Shown: positions 38,924 to 51,576 of the stretch, piece after piece
Layout of the letters: each line of letters opens with the position of its first letter
Numbering within the stretch: the stretch's first letter is position 1
Source of the DNA: Octopus sinensis
Lineage: Eukaryota
Direction of reading: 5' to 3'
Assembly (NCBI RefSeq): GCF_006345805.1
Contig: NC_043004.1
Span: 47,926,001 to 47,990,000, forward strand
Length of the DNA stretch: 64,000 bases
The notes under the pieces: generated by a model
The model's database searches: none
What the model was told of the DNA's origin: nothing
What the model saw: only the letters and a program-made list of their open reading frames with translations
Position numbers and translations under genes: made by a program

Positions 38924-39082
38924 TGCAGTTACTTATTCTCAATTGTGAATATATTTAAATCTTCGGTGATACAGGTTTCTCCAAAGAGTTTCTAACCTTG
39001 AAAGTTTCTTCATATCTTGTTGTGGTATAGGACAGAGGGTGCGGATTGAAGCGGTAAATATAATGGAATGCGAAGAAGGGGT

Positions 39083-39386
39083 TGTTGTTTTTTCCTTCTC
39101 GAGCCGTGTCTGGCTCATAAGGGCCGGTTTCCCGGTTTCTTGGCGTATAGGTTCTCCACCTGGACGGGACGCCGGTCCGTCGCAGGTGAGCTGCAAGATG
39201 CAGGAGGAAAGAGTGAAAAAAAGTTGTGGTGAAAGAGTCAGCAGAAGTTCGCCATTACCTTCTGCCGGAGCCGCGTGGAGCTTAGGTGTTTTTGTTCATA
39301 AACACACACATCACCCGGTCTGAGATTCGAACCCGCAATCCCTCGACCGCGAGTCCGCTGCTCTAACCACTAGGCCATGTGACTCC
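39083..39386 (-). mobile_element. SINE group C head/body with tail alpha
   Basis: Head ggagtcacatggcctagtggttagagcagcggactcgcggtcg; tail gcgacggaccggcgtcccgtccagg...gaaaccgggaaaccgg. Confidence 0.85.
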
Positions 39387-39641
39387 ACAAAATAAATGCG
39401 GCCTTTTAAAACCTAGCCAGGCTCATGGGACCGGTTTCCCGGTTTCAATGGCGTATGTGTTCCCCAGCTGGACAGGACGCCAGTCCATCGCAGCGTTACT
39501 CATTTTTGGCAGCTGAGTGTACTGGAGCAACGTGAAATGAAATGTTTTGCTCAAGAACACAACGCGTCGCCCGGTCCAGGAATCGAAACCACAATTTTAC
39601 GATCATTATGCTGACACCCTAACCACTAAGCCACGCGCCTC
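39387..39641 (-). mobile_element. SINE group D with tail alpha
   Basis: Head gaggcgcgtggcttagtggttagggtg; core gttgtgttcttgagcaaaaca; tail gcgatggactggcgtcctgtccag. Confidence 0.85.
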
Positions 39642-40384
39642 CGAAGAAGGGGTGGAAAGCTGTGTATAATCATTAATCTTTACCAAAGAATATCAACAAT
39701 AAGTTTATTGGAGTCAAATTGTTAAATCCATGACGAAGCTGGAAAGTGATTTGACTCACATTAATGCGCAGTGCTGAACATCTTGAGATAAACTGATTAC
39801 AATAGCTATAACGAACTACATGGCGAGCGAAAGAGAGATAAATATCAGAAAATCCATAGAATTCAGCATGGAAAACCGGTAGAGAGGTTGCATGTAGTTG
39901 CACTAAGTAAATGGGATGTTAGAGATGAAGGTTGTTGGGTTGAAGTGAGGAGTGATGAGGAGAGCTGGCGAACGTTCGTATTTAGAGTGCGAGCGTTTGA
40001 AAGAGATTACTGAAAAGACGATGAAGAGTAAAAGGTAAAGGTGGGTGGAGACAGAGAAGGAGAAGGAGAGAAGGGGAAAATTTTGATTATGGTGAGGAAC
40101 TGACAGAAGGAAGGAAGGAAGGCTTTAAGGGAAAAGATGAAAATGAAGATAAGGTGTAGGGGGTGGGGGTGGGGTGGGAAGGGAAGTCGTAAAGCTGATT
40201 AACGTCAGGTTATTCGTTGTCGATTTAATGACACCAGCCTCTGCTGCACAAACGACTGCAACAGGAACGATAACTGCTGGAGAAGCGGCATGATGCAAAA
40301 GCAACACGAAAGACCCAATGACTACAACACCAACAACTGTGAATAATAACTGTGACGACTGCAAGTTCAGTTGCATCAATAACG

Positions 40385-40415
40385 CTTCCGCTACAGCAGC
40401 AACAGCAGCAGTGGT

Positions 40416-40482
<67 letters not shown>

Positions 40483-40690
40483 CAGCAGCAGTAGCAGCAA
40501 GCAGCAGCAGCAGCAGGAGGGGGGGGGAGGGGAGGATGAGGTGGTGGTAGAGGGCGAGGAGGTGGAGGAGGAGAAGAAGGAGGGGTTGGATGTGGAGGAG
40601 GAGGGGAGGAGGAGGGAAGGGGGAGGGGAAGAGGACTGTTATGTTTGTTGTTACCATTATAGTGATGTGGTGGTGGTGGTGGTGGTCGTC
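40385..40690. repeat. Compound (CAG)/(TAG)/(GAG)/(GGT) low-complexity region
   Basis: Direct reading. Confidence 0.9.
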
Positions 40691-40947
40691 GTGTTTTATA
40701 GCAGCAACCCTAAGGATAAGTATAGTACTAAATGTAAGGCTAACACTAGAAATAGCAGTCAAACCACTTTCAAAACACAGTTACCACTTTGCAAAAGGAG
40801 ACATCACATAATGAGTACCTGGATTCGCTTTATTCCTATTTGTATAAAAAAAAAGGTAGACATGGGTCTTAATTGGAACATAATATACTGCACTAAATTC
40901 ATGAGGTAACATGTAGAATTTCCATCAACAAAACTCTTTTCTACGCT

Positions 40948-41182
40948 GGGCGGCGAGTTGGCTGAATCGTTAGCACGCTGGCATGCTGGGCAAAAGGCTT
41001 AGCGGCATTTCGTCCGCCTTTACGCTGTGAGTTCAAATTCCGCCGCGGTCGACTTTGCCTTTCATTCTTTCGAGCTCGATTAAATAAGTATCAGTAATGC
41101 GCTGGGGTCGATGTAAACGGCTTAATTCCTTTGTCAGTCCTTGTTTGTCCCCCACCCCCACCTATGGGCAATAAAGAAATAA
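40948..41182 (+). mobile_element. SINE B1-like, diverged
   Basis: Head, B box, core, and tail tgggcaataaagaaata. Confidence 0.85.
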
Positions 41183-41451
41183 ATACTGTTTTCTACATTG
41201 TTATACAAAATATATATGCCCGCGTAAGTGTGAGCACCCGCGCGATTTTGTGGGTGTAAGGGTGTATCTATTTATATAAATATTTATGTATACTGAAATA
41301 GAAATGTAATATAAGCACACATACAGACAAGCAGATATATGTATATATGTATTATACACACAACCACACACCATATATATATATATAATATATATATATA
41401 TATCTATATATATATATATATATAATATATATATATAATATATATCGATAG

Positions 41452-41603
41452 ACCGGGAGTAAACACATAATGTGAAACAAGGTGAAAAAAGAGTACTCAA
41501 ATACCAGGTAGAGTAATATGCTTTATTTAAAGCAGCAGAAAATTCAACAAAACCTGTTACTCTAAGTTACCTGTTGCCGTTCATCGGACAGTTTTTGCTA
41601 GAA
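41452..41603 (-). mobile_element. HH2-family short element between (TA)n tracts; degenerate hammerhead motif at 41549-41596
   Basis: Reverse complement: aaaaactgt-CCGATGA-acggcaacag-gtaac-ttagagta-acaggtttt. Confidence 0.6.
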
Positions 41604-41616
41604 TATATATATATAT

Positions 41617-41963
41617 ATACTAATTATGTTCACCTGCTTGAAGTAACAATCAAAACTATTATTCAAATCGCCAAAATACACTGATAATGACTACAGAAAT
41701 CAACCGTTCTAAGGCAAACAGGCTAACACAATCTCTCAGCTTGCATTCAAGTATTTGATCCCACGTGGATCACTTTCTGGACTGGCATAATAGCCTCAAG
41801 TTCCTCGGCGATCACGTGAATCCAAATACTTGAATGAATGCCGAGAGATTGTGTTAGCTCGTTTGCCTTGGAACGGTTGATATCTGTAGTCATTATCAGT
41901 GTATTTTGGCAATTTAAATAATAGTTTTGATTGTTACTTCAAGCAGGTAGACATAATTAGTAT
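41617..41963. mobile_element. Fold-back MITE-like palindrome (about 155-bp arms, about 38-bp spacer)
   Basis: 41617-41771 is approximately the reverse complement of 41810-41963. Confidence 0.85.
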
Positions 41964-42132
41964 GTCCTTTGATTAATTTCGCTTTTCAGGGGACTGCAGT
42001 CGCCTATATTATTGAATGTTATTATGATTTTCAAATTGTTACAGTAGATAATAACAGAGTCAATATATCTTCGCATATCATTTTTTACGTGAATAATTAT
42101 TTTTCTCGTGAATTATCTGCTCCGTATATATA

Positions 42133-42173
<41 letters not shown>

Positions 42174-42249
42174 GTAAAAAGTTGTCATTATAGTACTCAG
42201 AGTACCGTATGTCGGAGCGAAGAGCAACAATAACATTCTCGTCTGTTGC

Positions 42250-42390
42250 CGTAACTTAGCGATTCGGCAAAAGAAACCGATAGAATAAGCACTAGGCTTA
42301 CAAATAATAAGTCCTGGAGTCGATTTGCTCGACTAAAAATGCGGTGCTCCAGCATGGCTGCAGTCAAAGGACTTTAACAAGTAAAAGAAT
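42250..42390 (+). mobile_element. SINE group A, 3' portion
   Basis: ccgtaacttagcgattcggcaaaagaaaccgatagaataag...aagtaaaaga. Confidence 0.85.
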
Positions 42391-43004
42391 ATATATACAT
42401 ACATCGAACACACATTCAACGTATGTCGTTTACTTCTTTGCCGGTGGGCTGCAGTTAGCAGCTGGCTGTTAAAACCCCTGAAAAATCGTGGTCAGGTGAC
42501 GTAACTCACCCCATCTCCCATTCAAGTGCGATGGACATCGACGATTCACCATTTTTGTCGCTTATCAGCAACACATACGTAAACCCAATCGGAGTTGAAC
42601 TGAATCGCCAGTCTATGATTGAACAGAAATAGTGTAAAAACCATTTGCTTGTCTGCTAGGACGATGAAAAACCTAAGAAGAATTTCTAATATAAACTAGA
42701 AGCAGTGCTAGTATTGTAAACGTTATCGACCACGCATACTCCATATATGTACTTTGATTGTTCGCCTAAAGGCTGCATCTTATATGATGAAGATGACTCC
42801 CTGAAAGAGCTGACAGTTATAGACAGGCGAAACAACTGGCCCTGTCTTCTACAATAAGAACAAGTCCTAAAATTTTGGGGGAAGAGTTTCGTCGATTCCA
42901 TCAACCATAGGGCTTCAGTGGTATTTATTTTATTGAACCAGAATAGATGAAAGGAAACGTTATCCTCAGCAGTAATTAAAGAGCCTGAATAAATTCGAGC
43001 AGAA

Positions 43005-43450
43005 AAGTGGTATCAACATGAACCAGAAGCTGTGATGATACTTAATAATTACATGATTTCAAAGGATATATCCACAATGGCTAACCATATTGCCGGAGAA
43101 AATAGACAAGGTATGATCATAGGGGAACAAAAAAGCAAATCGTGTAAGGTCATAGACTTTGCAATACCATTTGAAAAACAGAGAAGATATCAAAGGAATT
43201 ATGAAATTGGAGAACAATCAGAACCTAGCCAGAGAGACAAAGTGACTGTGTGAGACTAAGATTACTATTATTCTTGCGGTCGTTGTTTCATTTCACACAA
43301 CATACCCATACTACTACGTCAGAGTTTGAAGGATACTGGAATTTAGACATTCGTTGTCGGCCGGCAGAAAAGCATTATTCTATATTCTGCGAGTATCTTA
43401 AAAAACATTCCTGTGATTTGAGGAGGCGTCTTGTCATCAAAACACATCCA
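43005..43450 (+). pseudogene. R4/Dong-like RLE C-terminal relic
   Basis: KWYQHEPEAV...NRQGMII...CKVIDFAIPFE resembles the KWYEHxPE/RPD/IIDxAVP motifs. Confidence 0.6.
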
Positions 43451-44824
43451 TATTAATTAAATTAGCATACAATAGTTTTGAATACTAACATTTTCTAATT
43501 GAGGTACAAGGTCAGCAATTTTGATGAAAGTAGTATTCGATACCATCAATCCCAATCGCTAACTGCTATCATAGTTTATTGGCCCAGAAAGCTGAATGGT
43601 AGACTTAATTCCGCTGAGACCAACTTTGCTTTGCTTTTCGTGGTCTAATGAAATAAAATATCATTCAAGCACTGGGAGTCGATAGAAGCGACAAAACAAC
43701 TCTTCTCCAAACGCTTACTTTCTAACTAAATCAGATGCCGCTATTACACTATCAATAGTAGTATAAGCATTAGTGTTCCTGGTTTGTTATTATGGTATAA
43801 CATACAACAGTAACCTACATTATTTCTCCGCTATACAACAATAAATTACATTGCACCAGATTCAGAAGCAAAACACTACAATATCCTTTTGATATCACAT
43901 CTCAATGTTTAGCATCTATCTTGTTTCCGACAATAACAAAAACAACATCACCACCACAAACAACAACAACAACAACAACTTGTAGCAAAGACGACAGCAT
44001 CTACAACAATAACCAAAATATCAATACTAACAAACAACAATACTAACAACAACTACGGTGTCGCTACTTTATGACATTTAAAGCTATAAATAATAGAAAT
44101 TCTAACACATTGAGATAAGAAACACTTCAAGCATTATCTTATTTTACTCCATTTTGTTTTTATTTATTTATTTTTATATTTTATCTTTTTACAGTGACAG
44201 AGAAAATGATATGAAGCCAATGAAGAACTTAATAATAAAACAATTAATCTCTATAATAGAACGATTCAATGACAAAAAGAAAAAAAACCTATATACTAGA
44301 GAAACTGAAATCTCATTACAAAATTGACAAATTCATTATATAATATGTATATATATATATGTATATAATATATATATATTAAATATATATATATATATAT
44401 AGATGAGAGAGAGAGGAGAGAGAGAAAGAAAGAGATAGATAGATATAAATATAGATATAGATATATATATACATACATGCATACATGCATATATATATAT
44501 ATATACACATATACATATACATATATATATATATATATACTTATAGAATAAGCATATATATTTACGTATACATATATATGTGTATGTATATGTATATAAA
44601 TCAAGATAATCATTTAGTTAAGCGAAATGAAATATATCAAGTAAGAATTAGTTATTTCTTGCTTTTACTGTAAAACCATAGAGAATATATATCTATGTCA
44701 AAACTACGAGTCGGAAAGTCAGTACATGCCATTAATCTAACCGTTTGTGCGCGCGCACGTGTGTAGGTGTGTGCGCGTGCGTGCGTGTGCGTATGTGTGT
44801 GTATTATACAAATATACCTATATA

Positions 44825-45057
44825 CAGTGTTGGCCAAAAGTTACCTGACAGTAAATCAAAATCATTTAATTCCAAGATTTATTTATGTTTAACAACTGAA
44901 TGAATTTAATAAAAGCATCTGAATACGAAACATCATGAAAATTGTTCAAACTGAAGTCCTTCTTGATCGACACTCTTTTCCATTCGAGTCAATATAGAAT
45001 TACAGATAGTATTTATGGAATTTTAATTCACTGCCGGTTGACTTTTGGCCATCCCTG
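44825..45057. mobile_element. Tc1/mariner-type MITE
   Basis: TA flanks; termini CAGTGTTGGCCAAAAGTTA and (reverse complement) CAGGGATGGCCAAAAGTCA. Confidence 0.8.
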
Positions 45058-45360
45058 TATATTGCTTCGTTTGCAAATTTCGTAGTGCATTCACATTGAA
45101 GACAGATCTAGATTGAATAGCATTTTTGTTAAATGTACCACTACAGTCAGTAGTGATAGCAATTATATAGATCGTGTATTAAGTCTTTATATGGGCTTAC
45201 TTGTAACAAGCTGTTCCATTAACTTACTATGCACTTAGGGAATACAAATGCAACGTACAGCCGACAGAATGACCTACTAGTGTTCTAACTCAAACGTCTA
45301 GAACTGATTTATTAGTATTACATGTGGAAATCACATATATCGCTTAACATCGTTAATATC

Positions 45361-46201
45361 ATAGAACATTATTGCGAACCTGCATAACAGATCATCAGAA
45401 AAAAAATGATTGTGATATTCAATGTCGTTGTATATATGTATGTCGTATGCACACATACAACCACTCACAAACACATACACACACAGACACACACACAAAC
45501 ACGCTTACATACACACACACACTTGGACACACAACTTCTAAACAGCTATACATACAGAAAGGTGCGGATTTTTCGAGAAGAATTTGCTTCCCGACCACTC
45601 GAATCAGGTTCATTCCCACTGCCGCCTCGCACAAGACTCCTGAGACAACCAAGAGATTTTAGCCGACGGTAGCTGAAAGAAGCGCTTCACATATGTGTGC
45701 GTGTGTGTGTGTGTGTGTATGTGCGTGTGTTTGTGTGCGTGCATGTGTGTGTATGTATATATATAGTATATATATATATATACTATATATATACATACAC
45801 ACACATGCACGCACACACACACACGCACATACACACACACAAACACACACACACACACACACAACGCACACATATGTGAAGCGCTTCTTTCAGCTACCGT
45901 CGGCTAAAATCTCTTGGTTGTCTCAGGAGTCTTGTGCGAGGCAGTGGGACTGAACCCTGATTCGAGTGGTCGGGAAGCAAATTTCTTCTCGAAAAATCCG
46001 CACCTTTCTGTATGTATAGCTGTTTAGAAGTTGTGTGTCCAAGTGTGTGTGTGTATGTAAGCGTGTTTGTGTGTGTGTCTGTGTGTGTATGTGTTTGTGA
46101 GTGGTTGTATGTGTGCATACGACATACATATATACAACGACATTGAATATCACAATCATTTTTTTTCTGATGATCTGTTATGCAGGTTCGCAATAATGTT
46201 C

Positions 46202-46204
<3 letters not shown>
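45361..46204. repeat. 844-bp near-perfect palindrome with no spacer, centred on (TA)n at about 45774
   Basis: Left arm 45361-45774 is the reverse complement of 45775-46204 apart from small indels; each arm contains an old SINE A head. Confidence 0.92.
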
Positions 46205-46265
<61 letters not shown>

Positions 46266-46360
46266 TGTAAACAAACTCGGTTTTGTAAATTACGGGCATA
46301 GAATCACTTTGGAAGTCTCTTAGTACGATAATCTATCATAATAATAATAATATATATTTA

Positions 46361-46754
46361 TATACTCCGGTTTAAAGCTACATCCTTTACATCAGCAATT
46401 GACTGAAAAATTATGAGCTAACCCTGCCCAGAATCGAACCTGCATGTCAACGCTAACATGGCTCCTTGCGCATCTGATTGGGCCAAAAACTCACCCATCA
46501 ATTTCCGCCAAATTTTATAAATATATACCTTAACTGTCCAATACTACGGGTTTGTGTACAAATATTATATATAGTATTGAACAGTTAAAGTATATATTCA
46601 TAAAATTTGGGAGAAATTGATGGGTGAGCGTTTGGTCCAATCGGATAAACATGGAGCCATATACGTATTGATATGTAGGTTCTGGCCTTGGTTAGCTGAT
46701 CATTTTTTCAGTCAATAGTACATATTAAAAAAATTCGCTTTAAATCGGAGTATA
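46361..46754. mobile_element. Diverged fold-back (about 186-bp arms, 25-bp spacer)
   Basis: tatactccggtttaaagc...taactgtccaatacta mirrors tagtattgaacagttaa...gctttaaatcggagtata. Confidence 0.8.
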
Positions 46755-46797
46755 TATATTATTATCATGTTATATTATTACATTGTTGTTATTGTGC

Positions 46798-46848
<51 letters not shown>

Positions 46849-47139
46849 GGGTGTTGCAATATATATAGCAGACAAGAATAAGAATGGAGAAAATCGAATC
46901 GTTATTGGTTAATTACACCACATATTATCGAAGATGGTTTATATTGTGCCAGCATATTTTGATATATAAAAGAGATATAAAATACCAGTTGAATTAATAT
47001 GGCAGAAAATATATGCTAACATGACGTTATAACGTTATCAAGATGTGTCAAAACGGGTAAATGCAAAGTAAACTAAGAAACTTTCTCTAGAAGATGAATG
47101 CATACAAAAAGCACGTGAAGAAATATACATATAGGTAAG

Positions 47140-47191
<52 letters not shown>

Positions 47192-47258
47192 TGTACCCAT
47201 ATCTAAGTGTATATTTCTGTTTGTCCTCCAGCACAGACAGTTAGATAGATACTATTAA

Positions 47259-48146
47259 GTTTTGCAATATTTTAGTAACTTATTTGCATTATTCGTCAAA
47301 TTATATAAAAATCAGCCTAGCATTCAAAGAAGAGACCATTGTGTTTCACTGTCTGAAGCCACTTGACTACCAGTTCTATGACACCAGTTTTTATCCTTCG
47401 AGGCGAAGAACTCCTTCACTGAATCTTCCACTACTACTTGATTGATGAGCGTCGCGAGCGCAAGAAGTGAGCAGTAGATCGTAAAAAGTAATAATCTGGC
47501 GAGTTAATTTTCACAGTCCTAAAGTTCATAAGGAGTGGTTAAGCAAGGGAATCCAGAATCTGTCGCTAAACATGGGCATATTAAACAGAAAGTAATGTTC
47601 AGCACATGGTAGAGTTATGAGGAAAATGAATCGCTACGTGTTCGTTTCGGATAACCGAAGCCTCGATGGCAGCCTTGAACATCTGGAGTACATATGTGAC
47701 ATTGTGCGGAGAAAATACTTGGCATAGGTTACCAGAAAGTGATCTCCTCTCTAGCAAGACTACGCGAGATTTCACACCACTCATACGACGTGGTATAAAC
47801 TCCAGAAACTCGAGCGAATTGAACTGATATGATATCTAGCTTATAGTCCAGACATAGCTCCCACAGATGCATGTATGTATGTTGTATGGACACATACAAC
47901 CACTCACAAACACGATGCATGGCTCACTTCCTGCGCTCGTGACCCTTCATCAACCACGAGAATGTGAAAACTTCAGTGCTGGAGTTCTTCACCTACAAAG
48001 AAATGAACTGGTAACAGCGTGAGACGGAAAGGTGGCAGAAAGGTGGCTTCAGACAGCACAGTTACAATGGCGTCTACTTTGAATGCGAAGCTGTTTTGTT
48101 GTAACTTAACGAATAATGCAAATAAGTTAACAAAATATTGCAAAAC
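47259..48146. pseudogene. Two mariner transposase 3'-end relics in inverted orientation
   Basis: Minus strand PDYYFLRSTAHFLR...VKEFFASKDKNW...KWLQT; plus strand AHFLRS...VLEFFTYKEMNW...WLQT; mirrored ends gttttgcaatatttt. Confidence 0.7.
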
Positions 48147-48934
48147 GTCTCACTCAAAACAATATATTGTGATTTAGACAAGTTTAACACAATGTAAAAT
48201 ACTTTAATTAAATTTAATTAAAGACGATAATGTAAAAATGTTTGTTTACAAACATACGATTTTTTTCGCTCTTACTGAGTGCCTTCATTGCAATATATAT
48301 ATTGGGTCATCTCATAATTAATACTGTTTTGTTTTCAATTGCATGAACTAAAAGTCGGATGGGGACAAGATAAACTACCTGCATCAATTTGCTATAAAGG
48401 TAAATAGTAATTTTACCTTGTACTTATTCTTAGTGCAAGTTTTAAAGGGTGCATTTCGATTTTAGTAGTTATTTAGACTAAATGATCTATTATTCCTTGT
48501 TAGACATTTATTGATTACTATGAAAATAACATTTCAATTTAAATTTCGATTCGATTCCAATTTCACGTTGACCAAGCCATTTTATGTGTTGAATTTGAAT
48601 ACACACGTTATACATAAATAAATGAAAACATTCATAAATTTACAGCTTTCCAGAGATTTTGTTTGATTCCACGCCACGTGACATGAATGTAGCACATTAT
48701 AGTTTCATTTATTGACATTTTTCCTCTGCCTCTAATTTCTTTCAGTCACAGCTTGCAATTTTTCGGAAAGAAAGCCATAAATTTGTCTGTAATTGGAAAT
48801 CGAATTCTTAAATACGTGATATAATTCGTCTACTGTGCTGCGTAAGACATGTTGCTTTGGCTTTAACCAGGGTGAAAATGTATGAACGAATGTACGTGTA
48901 TGTATGTATGTATCTATGTATGTATGTAATGTAT

Positions 48935-49555
48935 GTGTATATATGGTGAGCTTGCAGAGGGGAAACGCTATCGGAGTAAACTTAAAACAAGGTTTAAAGA
49001 CGGCATAAGGACTACTTTGCAGTCACTTGGAATGGATACAGAAGACATAGAAACCCTTGCTTCGGATCGAGTTGGATGGCGAACGAAAGTGTGGAGTGGA
49101 GTGAAAGCATTTGAAGAGGCCAGAATAAGGCATGTAAGGATAAGGCATGAGGATAAGGCATGAGAACTAAGGAAGAATGTTACGATCGAGAAGCTAAATG
49201 ACAATGCCTTTCTTGTGTGCACAGTTTGCCTGTCTTTTGCTGGCTCAAATCTCATCTGCGAACCCATGGAAAACGAACCTCCACCAACTATTCTGCCTAT
49301 ATATCTATGCACACCTTTGAATGCAGTGTATGCCAGAAGGTTTGCATATCTAACGGAGACTTCAAAAGACATTTTAAGTTACACAAAGATCAGTAGATAT
49401 CTGCAGCTCTTGGTGGTCCAACATCGGTTGGCCAATCTATGTGGGTCTCTTTTCAGAGCATTGTCTGGTTTTAAAAAAGCACACATCAGATGCCATGATG
49501 GTGCTAAGGTGTAGGTACAGGAGGCGGGTGAAGCTCTGCATAAGAAGTAGACAAC
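48935..49555 (+). pseudogene. RTE-clade LINE 3' fragment
   Basis: YGELAEGKRYRSKLKTRFKDGIRTTL...LASDRVGWRTKVWSGVKAFEE, followed by Cys/His-containing remnants. Confidence 0.75.
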
Positions 49556-49731
49556 CACCATATGTATATGTATATATCATACGTATGTACAATTGCGTAC
49601 ATCAACGAAGATGTATACATAAGTATATGATTTATGTATATATATATATATATATGTGCATGTATGTATGTATGTATGTATATGCATATATATATACACA
49701 TATATATATAAGCGTATAGTCTACATACATG

Positions 49732-49780
<49 letters not shown>

Positions 49781-49944
49781 CTGTATGAGTTAGACGTTAT
49801 GTAACCATCTAAGGGATAGTAAATGACCAATATACTACTGGCTGTATAACTACGTATTTATATCCAAGTGCTTACTTTTGTAGGGCAATATCGCAATTGA
49901 ATACTAGGTATGGATGGGGGTAAATTAGAAATTTACGCAGGATT

Positions 49945-50282
49945 TATAATGCAAATAAGAAAATGGAGAGGGTAAGCAATCGACAAACATCAGCCTATAA
50001 ACATTCAGTTATAACTGTTTATTAATTGATTAAAATCATGCGTAAGTGATCCAAATAAATGAATGAACGAAGCAAATAAATAAATATATAAATAAAAATA
50101 AACGAATAAGAATATTCTTATTCGTTTATTTTTATTTATATATTTATTTATTTGCTTATTTCATTAATTTATTTGGATCACTTACACATGACTTTAATCA
50201 ATTAATAAATAGATATCATTGTATGTTTACAGACTGATGTTTGTCGATTGTTTATCCCCTCCATTTTCTTATTTGCCTTATA
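49945..50282. mobile_element. Fold-back palindrome, 169-bp arms, no spacer
   Basis: Centre aagaat|attctt at 50113/50114; inner about 50 bp perfect, outer parts diverged. Confidence 0.88.
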
Positions 50283-50455
50283 TATATATATAAGATTAAT
50301 CAGCCGAAATTGCGAAGATGATCTGGTTCTTGACTGATGACTGAGAGCTTCGAAAGTCCCGTCTGTGTGTTTTTCTGTCGTCTTCAAAATGTTTCACGTT
50401 CTTGTCCCAGTTTGTGTTTTTTTTTTAACGTTTACATATATATATATATATATAT

Positions 50456-50752
50456 CCCCGTGACCAACCAGGCTATCAGATGTTGCTACACATCGCTGGT
50501 CACAATGCGCTTCGTATTGTTTTAGCCTTCGAACGACGCTACCCCGCTGGCTAAGCGAGCAGGCCAACCAAAGAAAGAATGCGAGGAAGTTGTGGTGAAG
50601 AGTACAGCAAGGATCGCCACCCACCACCCTGCCGGAGCCTCGTGAAGCTTTAGGTGTTTTCGCTCAATAACACACACACGCCCGGTCTGGAAATCGAAAC
50701 CGCGATCCTACGACCGCGAGTCCGCTGCCCTAACCACTGGGCCATTGCACCC
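50456..50752 (-). mobile_element. SINE group C head/body with tail beta
   Basis: Head ggtgcaatggcccagtggttagggcagcggactcgcggtcg; tail cattgtgaccagcgatgtgtagcaacatctgatagcc. Confidence 0.85.
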
Positions 50753-50772
50753 ACACAAGTGCATATAATATA

Positions 50773-50803
<31 letters not shown>

Positions 50804-50814
50804 TATATATAATA

Positions 50815-50846
<32 letters not shown>

Positions 50847-50932
50847 CTATATATATATATATATAATATAGATATATATATATATATATATACAAATAAA
50901 TATATATATCTAATATATATACATATATATAT

Positions 50933-51192
50933 TACGGAGATGTACTCGCATAGCAAGTAATTTGATCTGAGATCGTGTGCTGAAACGAAAACAATTGCAG
51001 CGTGGAAGGTGTTTATAAGCCATTTAAGAAACACCAAAAGCCGTTCGATTCACTTCAACATTTAAGTTTAATTTGTCAAATATTTTCGTCGCTAAAATCC
51101 GCGACCTGTTCACTGACAAAAATCCGTGATGCAGCACGGATTTTTGTCAGTGAACAGGTCGCGGATTATAAACACCTTCCACGCTGCAATTG

Positions 51193-51193
<1 letters not shown>
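50933..51193. mobile_element. Element in (TA)n with nested inverted repeats
   Basis: 28-bp IR at 50991-51018/51166-51193 and a perfect 33-bp hairpin at 51096-51128/51135-51167. Confidence 0.8.
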
Positions 51194-51225
<32 letters not shown>

Positions 51226-51323
51226 AAGCGCCGGACGAAATGCCAGGATGTACTTTCCCTGCTTTTAAATAATTCTGCCTCTCCATCACCTTCGAAACCG
51301 AATCAATAGTCCAATGTAAATAA

Positions 51324-51494
51324 AGCGTAGTAGTGGGTGTGTGGTGAATAGCTTGCTCACCAACCACATAGTTCCGGGCTCAGTCCCACTGCGTGGCACC
51401 TTGGGCAAGTGTTTTCTACTATAGCCTCGGGCCGACGAAAGCCTTGTGAGTGAATTTGTCAGAGAGAAGCTGAAAGAAGCCCGTCGTATATATG

Positions 51495-51531
<37 letters not shown>

Positions 51532-51537
51532 ATGTGT

Positions 51538-51576
<39 letters not shown>

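Noticed and set aside
38945-39070. Open minus-strand frame (SHSIIFTASIRTLCPIPQQDMKKLSRLETLWRNL...)
   Set aside because: No recognisable domain or clear splice sites; the listed ORF begins inside a SINE.
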